In this document: one piece after another, positions 41,284-50,544 of the stretch | How positions within the stretch are numbered: the first letter of the stretch is position 1 | Layout of the letters: each line of letters opens with the position of its first letter | NCBI GenBank assembly: GCA_964642795.1 | Contig: CAZXRQ010000003.1 | Coordinates: 1 to 61,818 of the forward strand | Direction of reading: 5' to 3' | Length of the DNA: 61,818 bases | Origin: an uncultured Oscillospiraceae bacterium | GTDB lineage: Bacteria > Bacillota > Clostridia > Christensenellales > CAG-138 | Program-made: the position numbers and the translations under genes | Notes under the pieces: model-generated | Seen by the model: the letters and a program-made list of their open reading frames with translations, nothing else | The model's database searches: none | Told to the model about the DNA's origin: nothing

Positions 41284-42824
41284 AGCAGCTTACCGCTTTG
41301 ATAATACTTGACGGCTTTGGCTGCTGCAAGGAAACCGAGGGCAACGCGATAGCTGCCTCCGGGATCAAGAATATCCGTGCGCTGATGGAAAAATACCCGC
41401 ACACGCAGATAGGCGCATCCGGCCTGGACGTAGGCTTGCCGGACGGGCAGATGGGCAACAGCGAGGTGGGCCACTTGAATATCGGCGCTGGGCGTATAGT
41501 ATATCAGGAGCTTACGCGCATCACGAAATCCATACAGGACGGCGACTTCTTCAAAAAGCAGGAGTTTTTGGGCGCAATAGCAAACTGCAAGGCGCACAAC
41601 AGCGCGCTGCATCTGCTGGGCCTGTGCTCCGACGGCGGTGTACACAGCCATTTGTCGCACCTGTACGCGCTGGTAAAGCTTGCCCGGGACAACGGCTTAA
41701 CACGCGTGTATGTGCATTGCTTTATGGATGGGCGCGACGTGCCGCCGGAAAGCGGCAAGGGCTATATCCGCGAGCTGAAACAGAAGCTTGCCGAGCTGGG
41801 CTGCGGCAGGATAGCTACTGTGATGGGACGCTACTATGCTATGGATAGGGACAATCGCTTTGATCGCGTGGAAAAAGCGTATAACGCAATGACCCTTGGG
41901 GAGGGCGAGCGCTTTGACGATGCAGAAACCGCTATGCAGGCCTCCTACGATGCGGGCGTGACGGACGAATTTGTACTTCCGGTTGTTATCACTGAAAACG
42001 GCGCGCCAATAGCGAATATCTCACCCAATGACAGCGTGATATTCTTCAACTTCCGGCCCGACAGGGCGCGCGAGATAACCCGTGCCTACATCTTGCCTAA
42101 ATTTGACGGATTTGTGCGCGAAAACGGCTGTTTCCCGCTATACTATGTTTCCATGACGCAGTATGATAAGACCTTTGAGGGAAAGCTTGAGGTAGCTTTC
42201 AAACCTGAAACGCTCAAAAACACGCTGGGAGAATATTTGGCTGCCTGCGGCAAGACGCAGCTTCGCATAGCCGAGACCGAAAAGTACGCGCACGTTACAT
42301 TTTTCTTCAACGGCGGCGTGGAAGCGCCCAACCAAGGCGAGAACAGAGCGCTGATACCCTCGCCAAAGGTGGCTACATACGACCTCCAGCCCGAGATGAG
42401 CGCGTACGCCGTGGCGGAGGAGGCGGTAAAACGCATACAAAGCGGCAAATACGACGTGATGATACTCAACTTCGCAAATCCGGACATGGTAGGGCATACC
42501 GGCGTTATGCAGGCGGCGACGGATGCTGTGACCGTAGTGGACGAGTGCGTTAAAACCGTGCTGGATGCCATATTTGCCGCGGGCGGGCGCGCGATAATCA
42601 CGGCAGACCACGGCAACTGCGAGCAGATGCTGGATGCGGACGGGGTAACGCCGTTTACTGCGCATACCACTAATCCCGTGCCGCTGATACTTGCAGACGA
42701 TACACGGCTGGATGCAAAGCTGCGCGCGGGCGGCAGGCTTTCGGATATTGCGCCTACGCTGCTTGAGCTTGCGGGACTTGAAAAGCCTGCGGAGATGACC
42801 GGTACATCGCTCATAGAGGGCTGA
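41280..42824 (+). CDS. gpmI: 2,3-bisphosphoglycerate-independent phosphoglycerate mutase
   Basis: GNSEVGHLNIGAGR motif, product of 514 aa. ATGA overlap with tpiA. Confidence 0.95.
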   Translation: MKQLTALIILDGFGCCKETEGNAIAASGIKNIRALMEKYPHTQIGASGLDVGLPDGQMGNSEVGHLNIGAGRIVYQELTRITKSIQDGDFFKKQEFLGAIANCKAHNSALHLLGLCSDGGVHSHLSHLYALVKLARDNGLTRVYVHCFMDGRDVPPESGKGYIRELKQKLAELGCGRIATVMGRYYAMDRDNRFDRVEKAYNAMTLGEGERFDDAETAMQASYDAGVTDEFVLPVVITENGAPIANISPNDSVIFFNFRPDRAREITRAYILPKFDGFVRENGCFPLYYVSMTQYDKTFEGKLEVAFKPETLKNTLGEYLAACGKTQLRIAETEKYAHVTFFFNGGVEAPNQGENRALIPSPKVATYDLQPEMSAYAVAEEAVKRIQSGKYDVMILNFANPDMVGHTGVMQAATDAVTVVDECVKTVLDAIFAAGGRAIITADHGNCEQMLDADGVTPFTAHTTNPVPLILADDTRLDAKLRAGGRLSDIAPTLLELAGLEKPAEMTGTSLIEG

Positions 42825-42874
42825 AGCGCGCTGATAGCAGGCCCGCATAACAACAACAGCGTGGGGGTGGCGGT

Positions 42875-43696
42875 ATGAAGCGTAAATACCACATCGGTGA
42901 GTTGGCAGCCTACTACGGCGTCAGCTCGGATACGTTGCGGTTGTACGATAAAAAGGGAATACTGTCACCCAAGAAGGACGTCAACGGTTATCGCGTGTAC
43001 AGCCGCGAGGACATGATATTTTTGGATTACGTTATACGGCTGCGGCGGCTGGGCATACCGCTAAAGGAAATAAAGAAGCTGGTGGACGAGGGCTCTTTCG
43101 AACGTGCGGAGCAGGTGCTTGCGCAGAGAAGCATGGCACTGCTTGCGCACATAGAGGAGCTGCGCAGCCTATATCGCGTAACACAGGATTACGTAGACAC
43201 GTTCCGCCGCACCAGCGATGATATAGACAAATTTACCGTCTGCCTTTCTCCGCGCATGATAGTGCGTGAGATAACCAACTCCTTTATCGGCGCGTCAGCT
43301 GCATTTGACAAATTGGGCGCTAACATAGTGCCGCGCTTCTGTATGCTATGCAACAAGGAGGCCTTTTTGGCCGAAGGATACGAGCATAATGTGTACGATT
43401 ACGAAAGGCGTTGCAGTGCGCTGAAAAACGCGGTGGTGGTCATGGATCGCGACGGTATCGTTGCGGTGCCGGAACGATATGCGGAGGAATTCCGCATATT
43501 GCCGCCGCAAAAATGCGTGTACACGGCCGTTCGCTGCCATGCCGTGGTGGATTACGAGCCGTTTGTGCGCTTGCGGCGGTTCATACTGGAAAACGGCTTT
43601 GTTATGAGCGGCGATATGATAACCGTGATAATTTCTGTGCGCAACGGCGGCAGCAAAAACGAGGATTATGAGCAGGTCTGGATACCGGTGCAGTGA
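42875..43696 (+). CDS. MerR-family transcriptional regulator with C-terminal effector-binding (GyrI-like) domain
   Basis: The N-terminus YHIGELAAYYGVSSDTLRLYDKKGILSP is a winged HTH, followed by a coiled-coil linker and a C-terminal domain of about 150 aa. Confidence 0.85.
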   Translation: MKRKYHIGELAAYYGVSSDTLRLYDKKGILSPKKDVNGYRVYSREDMIFLDYVIRLRRLGIPLKEIKKLVDEGSFERAEQVLAQRSMALLAHIEELRSLYRVTQDYVDTFRRTSDDIDKFTVCLSPRMIVREITNSFIGASAAFDKLGANIVPRFCMLCNKEAFLAEGYEHNVYDYERRCSALKNAVVVMDRDGIVAVPERYAEEFRILPPQKCVYTAVRCHAVVDYEPFVRLRRFILENGFVMSGDMITVIISVRNGGSKNEDYEQVWIPVQ

Positions 43697-43721
43697 TAGA
43701 TAAAAAAATTGTGAAAAAGTA

Positions 43722-43752
43722 TTGACCTTGGAGTTGCTCCAAGGTTTTTAAT
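43722..43752 (+). promoter_or_regulatory. MerR-type promoter (19-bp spacer) with dyad operator; the same hairpin could act as the merR terminator
   Basis: TTGACC, 19 nt, then TTTAAT. The dyad ACCTTGGAG-TTG-CTCCAAGGT (43725-43745) is followed by a T-run. Confidence 0.6.
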
Positions 43753-43818
43753 AAAAATACAAGCAGCTGCATCCGTATCTACATGTCTTTTTATGGTTTT
43801 TGAAAGGGAGGTAAAATT

Positions 43819-45303
43819 ATGGAAGTGAAAAATGCTCCTGTGACCGCTGAGACCGCAACGGAAGAAAAAGCCAAGAAAAAACGCAAGAAAACAATGCCCC
43901 ACGCGCTGGTTATAATCCTTGCTATAATACTGGTGGTGACCGTTCTTACCTGGATAATACCGGGCGGCGTTTACCTGCAGCAGGATGCAAATGGCGTTTG
44001 GCAGGGAACCGAAGGCTTTGACGAATCCACCGGGAGCAAGGTGTACGTGCAGGAGGCCTACTATAACATGGGCAAGACCCAGAAGATAGGCCTGTGGGCA
44101 ATGTTCACCTACATCGTGGACGGTTTTGCAAGCGCGCAAAACATAATATTCCTGATACTGTGCGCATACGCAACGCTGTATCTGCTGCAAAAGACCGGTG
44201 CGTTGGACGCGGCTATAGCAAGCTGTGCGCGGCTCGTGGGCAAAAAGCCGGCTGCCGCGCCGCTCATAATCGCAATAGTGATGTTCATATTTGCATTCTG
44301 GGCGACGACGGGCACGATGAGCTATGAGGAGATCGTGGCATTCCTGCCGGTGTTCGTGGCGCTGTCGCTGGCGTTGGGCTACGATCCGATGGTGGGCGCG
44401 TCCATGTCCGTGTGCGCGGTAGGCTTCGGCTTTTCCGTGGGCGTATGGAACCCGTTCACCACAGGAACAGCGCAGTCCATAGCGGGCATAGAGATGTTCT
44501 CCGGTTCCGGCTACCGCCTTATCGTACTGCTGGTAACCACGGGAATATTGGTGGCATATACGCTGCTTTACGCTGCCCGCGTCAAAAAGGATCCGGCCAA
44601 AAGCATAACCGCGGATATAGATTTTTCGGATCAGCATATGGATGATGAAAGGCTGAACAGCCGTTTCGACACCAAGAAGATCCTTTCGCTGGTCTGCCTT
44701 GCGGCCATGATAGGCGTTATGGCATGGGGGCTTGCGACTCAGGGCTGGTATGTTGAGGAGATAACCGCGCTGTTTATAGTGCTGGCGATAGCGCTGGGCA
44801 TCGTGAACCTTTGGAGCCCGAGCAAGGTTGCCAAAATTTGGGTAGAGGGGCTTGGCAAGGCGGTTTTGCCGGCTATCGCCTGCGGCTTTGCACGGAGCAT
44901 TCTGTTCATACTGGCCTATGGCTGTATACAGGATCCGATAATCCATTGGGCGTCCAATCTGCTTGCCACGCTGGGCCTGTACGGTGCAGCGGTGGGTATG
45001 CTGCTGTTCCAAAGCCTACTCAACTTCCTTATTCCGTCCGGCTCCAGTCAGGCATTTGTGACCATGCCGCTGATGGCGCCAATAGCGGAGGTAATAGGCA
45101 TGTCCAAGCAGGTGGCGGTGCTGGCATTCCAGTTTGGCGACGGGTTCTCAAATCTGCTGTGGCCTACCGCAGGCGCGGTCATAGTCAGCATAATGGCTGG
45201 CATCCCCATAGGCCGATACTACAAATGGTTTCTGCCGCTATTTGCGATAATATTTGTGGTGATGGTGGCGTTTTTGTGGATAGCGATATCCATAGGCCTG
45301 TAA
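43819..45303 (+). CDS. YfcC-family (DcuC/ArcD-like) transporter, second paralog
   Basis: Polytopic membrane protein that aligns by eye with the ORF at 21049-22497. RBS AAGGGAGG. Confidence 0.8.
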   Translation: MEVKNAPVTAETATEEKAKKKRKKTMPHALVIILAIILVVTVLTWIIPGGVYLQQDANGVWQGTEGFDESTGSKVYVQEAYYNMGKTQKIGLWAMFTYIVDGFASAQNIIFLILCAYATLYLLQKTGALDAAIASCARLVGKKPAAAPLIIAIVMFIFAFWATTGTMSYEEIVAFLPVFVALSLALGYDPMVGASMSVCAVGFGFSVGVWNPFTTGTAQSIAGIEMFSGSGYRLIVLLVTTGILVAYTLLYAARVKKDPAKSITADIDFSDQHMDDERLNSRFDTKKILSLVCLAAMIGVMAWGLATQGWYVEEITALFIVLAIALGIVNLWSPSKVAKIWVEGLGKAVLPAIACGFARSILFILAYGCIQDPIIHWASNLLATLGLYGAAVGMLLFQSLLNFLIPSGSSQAFVTMPLMAPIAEVIGMSKQVAVLAFQFGDGFSNLLWPTAGAVIVSIMAGIPIGRYYKWFLPLFAIIFVVMVAFLWIAISIGL

Positions 45304-45325
45304 GCGCCTGTGCGTGAGGGCCGAA

Positions 45326-46474
45326 ATGGATGTATTGAACGAGGCAAAAAAAGTATTCGATTATGTGGTGGATGCGCGAAGGCGTATCCACCAAACCCCG
45401 GAGCTGGGCTTTGAGGAACACGGTACTACGGCATATGTGGCGGCGAGACTGAATGAGCTGGGCGTGCCATACAAGCTGATGCAGCCAACGGGAGTATTGG
45501 GAGAGATCAGGGGTGCGTTTTCGGGAAATACAGTGTTGCTTCGTGCGGATATGGATGCCTTGCCCATAGAGGAGCATACGGGGCTGCCGTTCGCGTCGGT
45601 CAATCCGGGCATATCCCACGCCTGTGGACACGATGGACATACCGCCATGCTGCTGGGTGCGGCACGGCTGCTGAACGAAAACCGACAGCAGCTTCATGGC
45701 ACTGTCAAGCTGATGTTTCAGCCTGCCGAGGAGACTGGAAACGGAGCCGAGCGCATGATAGAGCAGGGCGTGCTGGAGGGGGTGGACGTATGCTTTGCGG
45801 AGCATATACTCAGCCAGCTGCCGGTAGGTACCATAATGACCGGTGCGGGCCAGCTTATGGCGGGCGGAGGCACATTCACAATAACCGTTAATGGAGAGTC
45901 CTGCCATGCGGGGCTTCCGCATACTGGTGCGGATGCGCTTACTGCAGGTGCCGCGATAGTGTCCTCTCTACAAACCATAGTCAGCAGGAATAACGACCCC
46001 ATGAAGCCGCTGGTGGTAAGCGTGGGCACTTTTAAAGCGGGAAGCCGTTATAACGTCGTTGCGGGATCGGCACGGATGGAGGGGACCGTACGTACATTCG
46101 ACCGTGCGCTGCTGCACGATATTGGGGGAAGCGTTGCTTGCGTTGCGGGTAATGTTGCCAAGGCTCATCGCTGCACTGCGGATGTACAATATAGCTGTAC
46201 CTGCGAATCGTTGATAACCGACGCGAAGGCAACGGACTGCGTTAAAGAAGCGGCAGCCAAAGTGGCGCCGGCGGATATGCTGCTTGCGGCGGCGCCCGGC
46301 ATGGGTTCGGAGGATTTTGCCTATTTCAGCGTGTATGTGCCCAGCGCGTTTGCGGCGATAGGCGGCGGCGGGGGATACCCTCAGCACAACGAGCGGTTTG
46401 TGTTCGATGAACGTGCGCTTCTGACAGGTACGGCGCTGTACGCGCAGTTTGCGCTGACATATCTCAACGGATAA
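45326..46474 (+). CDS. M20D-family amidohydrolase (N-acyl-amino acid amidohydrolase/hippuricase-like)
   Basis: Motifs SHACGHDGH and FQPAEE. RBS GAGGG. Confidence 0.8.
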   Translation: MDVLNEAKKVFDYVVDARRRIHQTPELGFEEHGTTAYVAARLNELGVPYKLMQPTGVLGEIRGAFSGNTVLLRADMDALPIEEHTGLPFASVNPGISHACGHDGHTAMLLGAARLLNENRQQLHGTVKLMFQPAEETGNGAERMIEQGVLEGVDVCFAEHILSQLPVGTIMTGAGQLMAGGGTFTITVNGESCHAGLPHTGADALTAGAAIVSSLQTIVSRNNDPMKPLVVSVGTFKAGSRYNVVAGSARMEGTVRTFDRALLHDIGGSVACVAGNVAKAHRCTADVQYSCTCESLITDAKATDCVKEAAAKVAPADMLLAAAPGMGSEDFAYFSVYVPSAFAAIGGGGGYPQHNERFVFDERALLTGTALYAQFALTYLNG

Positions 46475-46543
46475 CCATACGCAATATAGACTGCGTTGCT
46501 TTTATATTCAAAGCGGCGCAGCTTTTATTTTTGGATTATTCTA

Positions 46544-46572
46544 TTGCCTGCACGCGCCGTGGCTGATACAAT
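46544..46572 (+). promoter_or_regulatory. sigma-A promoter with extended -10
   Basis: TTGCCT, 17 nt (ending TGa), then TACAAT. Confidence 0.5.
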
Positions 46573-46601
46573 CAAAAACGGAAAGGATACGGGTGTGCGG
46601 T

Positions 46602-47216
46602 ATGGAGGAGTTCAGAATAAAACAGGCGGCGTTTGTTACCAGCGTTGGAACCGGCGGAGAATGCCCGGAGCCGCGCACGGCAGAGATAGCCATGGTGGGC
46701 AAATCCAACGTCGGCAAGTCCAGCCTGATCAACTCGCTGTGCAACAACCGCAAGCTCGCGCGCACATCGAGCGAGCCGGGAAAGACGCGGCTTATCAACT
46801 TTTTTTTAATAAACAATGAGTTCTATCTTGTGGACCTTCCGGGCTACGGCTTTGCGAGAGCGCCAAAAACGGAGCAGCAGAAATGGGGAGAGCTTATAAC
46901 CGAGTATCTTTCCGGCGGAAGGCTAACGCATATTTTTATGCTGCTGGACATTCGCCATGTGCCTACTGCGGAGGATAAGCTGATGTTCGAATGGATACTC
47001 TATTACGGCGTGCCGTTTACGCTTATTGCTACCAAGGCGGATAAAATAGCCAAAAGCAAGCGGCAGCAGGCAGCCAACGCCGCCGCCAAGGCACTGGGAG
47101 CGCCGCCGTATGCGCTGCCGTATTCAGCCTCCGGAGGAGACGGGAGAGAGCAAATGCTCAGGCGCATCGGGGACATAGTTTTTGATGCGCGCGAAAAACC
47201 TATTGACATAGAATGA
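46602..47216 (+). CDS. engB: ribosome-biogenesis GTPase EngB/YsxC
   Basis: G1 motif GKSNVGKSS, G3 motif DLPGYG and G4 motif TKADK. Confidence 0.9.
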   Translation: MEEFRIKQAAFVTSVGTGGECPEPRTAEIAMVGKSNVGKSSLINSLCNNRKLARTSSEPGKTRLINFFLINNEFYLVDLPGYGFARAPKTEQQKWGELITEYLSGGRLTHIFMLLDIRHVPTAEDKLMFEWILYYGVPFTLIATKADKIAKSKRQQAANAAAKALGAPPYALPYSASGGDGREQMLRRIGDIVFDAREKPIDIE

Positions 47217-47271
47217 TACCATAAGCATAATATGGATTAGCATTTTACATACCCGATCAGGAGGCGATCAT

Positions 47272-47727
47272 ATGGCGCTCAAAAAGTGCCCAAGATGTGA
47301 GGTAAATTACATCAAAGAAGACGAAACCTGCTGCGACGTGTGCAAACGTTATGAAAAGAACCGCGGAAAACCGGATGCGGACAGCGAGAGTATAACCATG
47401 TGCATAGAATGCGGCGAGAATCCGGCTGTAAAGGGCGGTGAGCTGTGCGCCATATGTCTGCGCGAATCACGCCGGCAGGAGAAGCTGGATAAGCCTATAC
47501 AGGAGCTTACGGTGGATGGGGGCGTGACCCTGCCCGACGTAGAGCTTAGCGATCTGGAAACGCCGCTTCCGGGAGATTCAGACATACCCGAAAGCGAGCT
47601 TGAGGTGATACACAGAGAGCTTGGCGAAGACGATCCGGAGGAAGAGGACGCCGAAGACAAGGAGGTCAGCCTCGACAAGATACGCGCTGACGAATACGGT
47701 GCGGCAGACGATGAAGACGAGGAGTGA
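47272..47727 (+). CDS. double zinc-ribbon protein with strongly acidic C-terminal tail
   Basis: Cysteine pairs CPRC..CCDVC and CIEC..CAIC. The tail is rich in D/E. RBS AGGAGG. Confidence 0.65.
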   Translation: MALKKCPRCEVNYIKEDETCCDVCKRYEKNRGKPDADSESITMCIECGENPAVKGGELCAICLRESRRQEKLDKPIQELTVDGGVTLPDVELSDLETPLPGDSDIPESELEVIHRELGEDDPEEEDAEDKEVSLDKIRADEYGAADDEDEE

Positions 47728-47733
47728 ACGCAT

Positions 47734-48426
47734 TTGAGGATATTCGCGCTGGGCGACCTGCATCTAGGCATCAATGCGGATAAACCGATGGATGTGTTCG
47801 GCGCAAAGTGGGACAATCACTTTGAACGCATAGCGGATGCCTGGCAGGAAAGCGTAGGCGCGGAGGATCTTGTGCTGGTGCCGGGCGACATAAGCTGGGC
47901 TATGCGCCTTGAGGATGCGGCGGCCGATATAGAGGCCGTTGCCGCGCTTAACGGGCAAAAGCTAATTATGCGAGGTAACCACGATTATTGGTGGAGCTCA
48001 CTCTCGCGCTTAAGGGCAATGCTGCCGCGATCGGTAGCGGCGCTGCAAAACGATGCATATGTGCTTTCTGACGTAGCGGTATGCGGCAGCCGGGGTTGGA
48101 CGTCGCCGGGGAACAACGGCTTTGATGCGGACGACAGGCGCATATACGAACGCGAGCTTTTACGCCTTGAGATGTCGCTCAAGTGCGCTCCGCAGGATGG
48201 CAGACGCATAATCGGCATGCTGCATTATCCGCCGCTGAACGAGCGACATGCGGGCACAGGCTTTTCTGAACTGTTCGAGCGATATGGCGCGCGCAGCGTG
48301 GTGTACGGTCATTTGCACGGCAAGGCGTGCAATGGCGCATTCAATGGCGACCGCAATGGGATAGAATATACGCTGTGCTCTGCCGACCATCTCGATTTTA
48401 CCCCCAAACTGATAATGGAAATCTGA
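47734..48426 (+). CDS. metallophosphoesterase (calcineurin-like)
   Basis: Motifs ALGDLHLG, PGDISW, GNHDYWW and YGHLHG. TTG start lies 8 nt after GAGGAG. Confidence 0.8.
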   Translation: MRIFALGDLHLGINADKPMDVFGAKWDNHFERIADAWQESVGAEDLVLVPGDISWAMRLEDAAADIEAVAALNGQKLIMRGNHDYWWSSLSRLRAMLPRSVAALQNDAYVLSDVAVCGSRGWTSPGNNGFDADDRRIYERELLRLEMSLKCAPQDGRRIIGMLHYPPLNERHAGTGFSELFERYGARSVVYGHLHGKACNGAFNGDRNGIEYTLCSADHLDFTPKLIMEI

Positions 48427-48444
48427 GCAAAATAATGCCATATA

Positions 48445-48487
48445 CCCCGCTGACCTGCGAATAAGGGTCTGCGGGGTGTTTTTTTGT
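48445..48487 (+). terminator. rho-independent terminator
   Basis: CCCCGCTGACC, 10-nt loop, GGTCTGCGGGG, then TGTTTTTTT. Confidence 0.8.
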
Positions 48488-48534
48488 GTAAATGGAGGAG
48501 TTTTGCCAAAAAATACCATAATATTTTCATAAAT

Positions 48535-48567
48535 GTGGTGACAAGTGCATCAAAGTGGTGCTATAAT
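48535..48567 (+). promoter_or_regulatory. mraZ promoter with three 10-bp-phased GTG(G/C) repeats (MraZ boxes)
   Basis: GTGGTGacaa, GTGCATcaaa and GTGGTGc are immediately followed by TATAAT (48562-48567). The -35 is GTGACA. Confidence 0.6.
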
Positions 48568-48624
48568 ACCATTACAAAGAGAAGGATGCAGAGGTGTATC
48601 CGCTCTCGAGTGGAGGACGTGCCC

Positions 48625-49071
48625 ATGCTTATCAGTTCATATGAGCACAGCGTGGACGTCAAGGGCCGGGTATTTATTCCGGCCAGGTGGCGCGAGGATT
48701 TGGGAGACACGGTTGTCGTTACCCGCGGGATGATGGGTAAAGGGGACAGCAGGTGTCTGTTTGGCATGTCCGTACCGGTATGGTGCGAGCTGCAGGACAG
48801 GTTCAAACGCCTGGCGCTTACCGATGTTAAGGCACAAAATGCCATGAGGCTGCTGTTTGCATACGCCGCCGAGTGCGAGCTGGACAAGCAGGGCAGGATT
48901 TTGCTCAACGCGTCTTTGCGCGAACAGGCGGGGATAACGGATAACGCAGTTCTTATAGGCGTCGGCAACCGTATCGAGATATGGAACGCCGATAGCTGGA
49001 AGCTGCATATGCAGGATGCCGAGGATATGAGTGACGAGGTGCTGACGTACCTTACGGAGCTTGGGATATGA
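48625..49071 (+). CDS. mraZ: division/cell wall cluster transcriptional regulator MraZ
   Basis: Motif SVDVKGRVFIPARWRE, duplicated SpoVT/AbrB-like halves, product of 148 aa. RBS GGAGGA. Confidence 0.92.
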   Translation: MLISSYEHSVDVKGRVFIPARWREDLGDTVVVTRGMMGKGDSRCLFGMSVPVWCELQDRFKRLALTDVKAQNAMRLLFAYAAECELDKQGRILLNASLREQAGITDNAVLIGVGNRIEIWNADSWKLHMQDAEDMSDEVLTYLTELGI

Positions 49072-50003
49072 GCGGGTTTTCACATACCCCCATAATGCTC
49101 GAAGAAACCGTGAAGCTGCTTGCGCCGGAGCGCGGCGGAACATTCATCGATGGCACTCTGGGCGGCGGAGGACACGCATATGCGGTGCTTGCGGCGCTGG
49201 ACGGGAAGGGCGTGCTTTACGGCATAGACCGTGACGGCGAGGCGATAGCCGCAGCATCGGAGCGTTTGGCAGAGTTTGCCGACGGCGGTGCGTTTGCCGC
49301 GCTGCGCGGCAATTTTTTCGATATGAGGCGCTTGCTTGCACAGCGCGGCGTGGAAAAGGCGGATGGAATACTGTTGGATCTTGGCGTGTCGAGCTACCAG
49401 CTGGATACGCCGGAGCGCGGCTTTTCCTATCATGACGACGCTCCGCTTGATATGAGAATGGATAAGGACGCGCCGCTTTCAGCCTATGATGTGGTCAACG
49501 GCTACGATGCGGACAGGCTGGCGGACGTTATACGCAAATACGGCGAGGAACGCTTTGCCGGACGGGTAGCTCGCGCGATAGCGGCGGCAAGACCCGTAGA
49601 GACCACAGCGCAGCTTGCATCGGTTATAAAGGCGGCGATACCCGCGGCAACGCGCAGGGACGGGCCGCATCCGGCACGCAGGACCTTTCAGGCTATACGC
49701 ATCGAGGTAAACGGAGAACTCGACGGACTGGAAGACGCGCTGCAGGATGCGCACGATCTGCTTGACCATGACGGGGTGCTGGCGGTGATAACCTTTCATT
49801 CGCTGGAGGACAGGGTGGTAAAGCAAGCCTTCAAACGCTTTGAAAATCCCTGCACGTGCGATCCAAAAGCGCCCATGTGTACCTGCGGCAAGACGCCTAC
49901 GGTCAAGATACTTACCAGGAAGCCCATCGTACCGTCTGAGAAGGAATTGCAGGAAAATCCACGCGCCCGCAGCGCAAAGCTCAGGGCTGTACAGAAGCTT
50001 TAA
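49068..50003 (+). CDS. rsmH: 16S rRNA (cytosine1402-N4)-methyltransferase RsmH
   Basis: Motifs HTPIML, DGTLGGGGH, DLGVSSYQLD and FHSLEDR. Confidence 0.95.
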   Translation: MSGFSHTPIMLEETVKLLAPERGGTFIDGTLGGGGHAYAVLAALDGKGVLYGIDRDGEAIAAASERLAEFADGGAFAALRGNFFDMRRLLAQRGVEKADGILLDLGVSSYQLDTPERGFSYHDDAPLDMRMDKDAPLSAYDVVNGYDADRLADVIRKYGEERFAGRVARAIAAARPVETTAQLASVIKAAIPAATRRDGPHPARRTFQAIRIEVNGELDGLEDALQDAHDLLDHDGVLAVITFHSLEDRVVKQAFKRFENPCTCDPKAPMCTCGKTPTVKILTRKPIVPSEKELQENPRARSAKLRAVQKL

Positions 50004-50047
50004 CCCAGAACGAAAACCGGTATAACCGGACCGAGTGAGGAATATCA

Positions 50048-50527
50048 ATGGCAGTAGCGGCAAAAAAACTTCAATACGAATACGGCGTTCCCACAACGAG
50101 GGTGTATTCGCATGCCGCTCAGAGCATGGAGGCAGCCGCGCGACGTGATGCGACGTGCGGTACCAGAACAGAGCGTTCTGCGGCGCCCCGTGCGCATACA
50201 AAGGGCACCGGTAAAAAATTGGCGGCGCTGGTATGCGTGGGGATCACGGTTGCCGTGCTTGCGGTGCTGCTGCTAAGATATGCCCGCATAACCGAGTGCT
50301 ATGCCGCGGTAAACAGCTTGAACGAGAGCATAGAGGAAAGCGAGCGCAGCATAGCGGCGCTTAATGTGGAGCTAAACAGCGTAATAGACATCGACGCCGC
50401 ACGCGAAACGGCGCTTGCAGCCGGACTGGGATATCCGACGGCGGATCAAATAGTGCGCATCAGCGGTGTGAACAGCATGGAGTCCGAGACCACGGAAACG
50501 ACCAGTGGAGCGGAGCCGGATGATTGA
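50048..50527 (+). CDS. ftsL: FtsL-like cell division protein
   Basis: Single TM helix followed by a coiled coil. The position between rsmH and the PBP gene fits FtsL. Confidence 0.7.
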   Translation: MAVAAKKLQYEYGVPTTRVYSHAAQSMEAAARRDATCGTRTERSAAPRAHTKGTGKKLAALVCVGITVAVLAVLLLRYARITECYAAVNSLNESIEESERSIAALNVELNSVIDIDAARETALAAGLGYPTADQIVRISGVNSMESETTETTSGAEPDD

Positions 50528-50544
50528 ACGGACGGAGGGAACGA

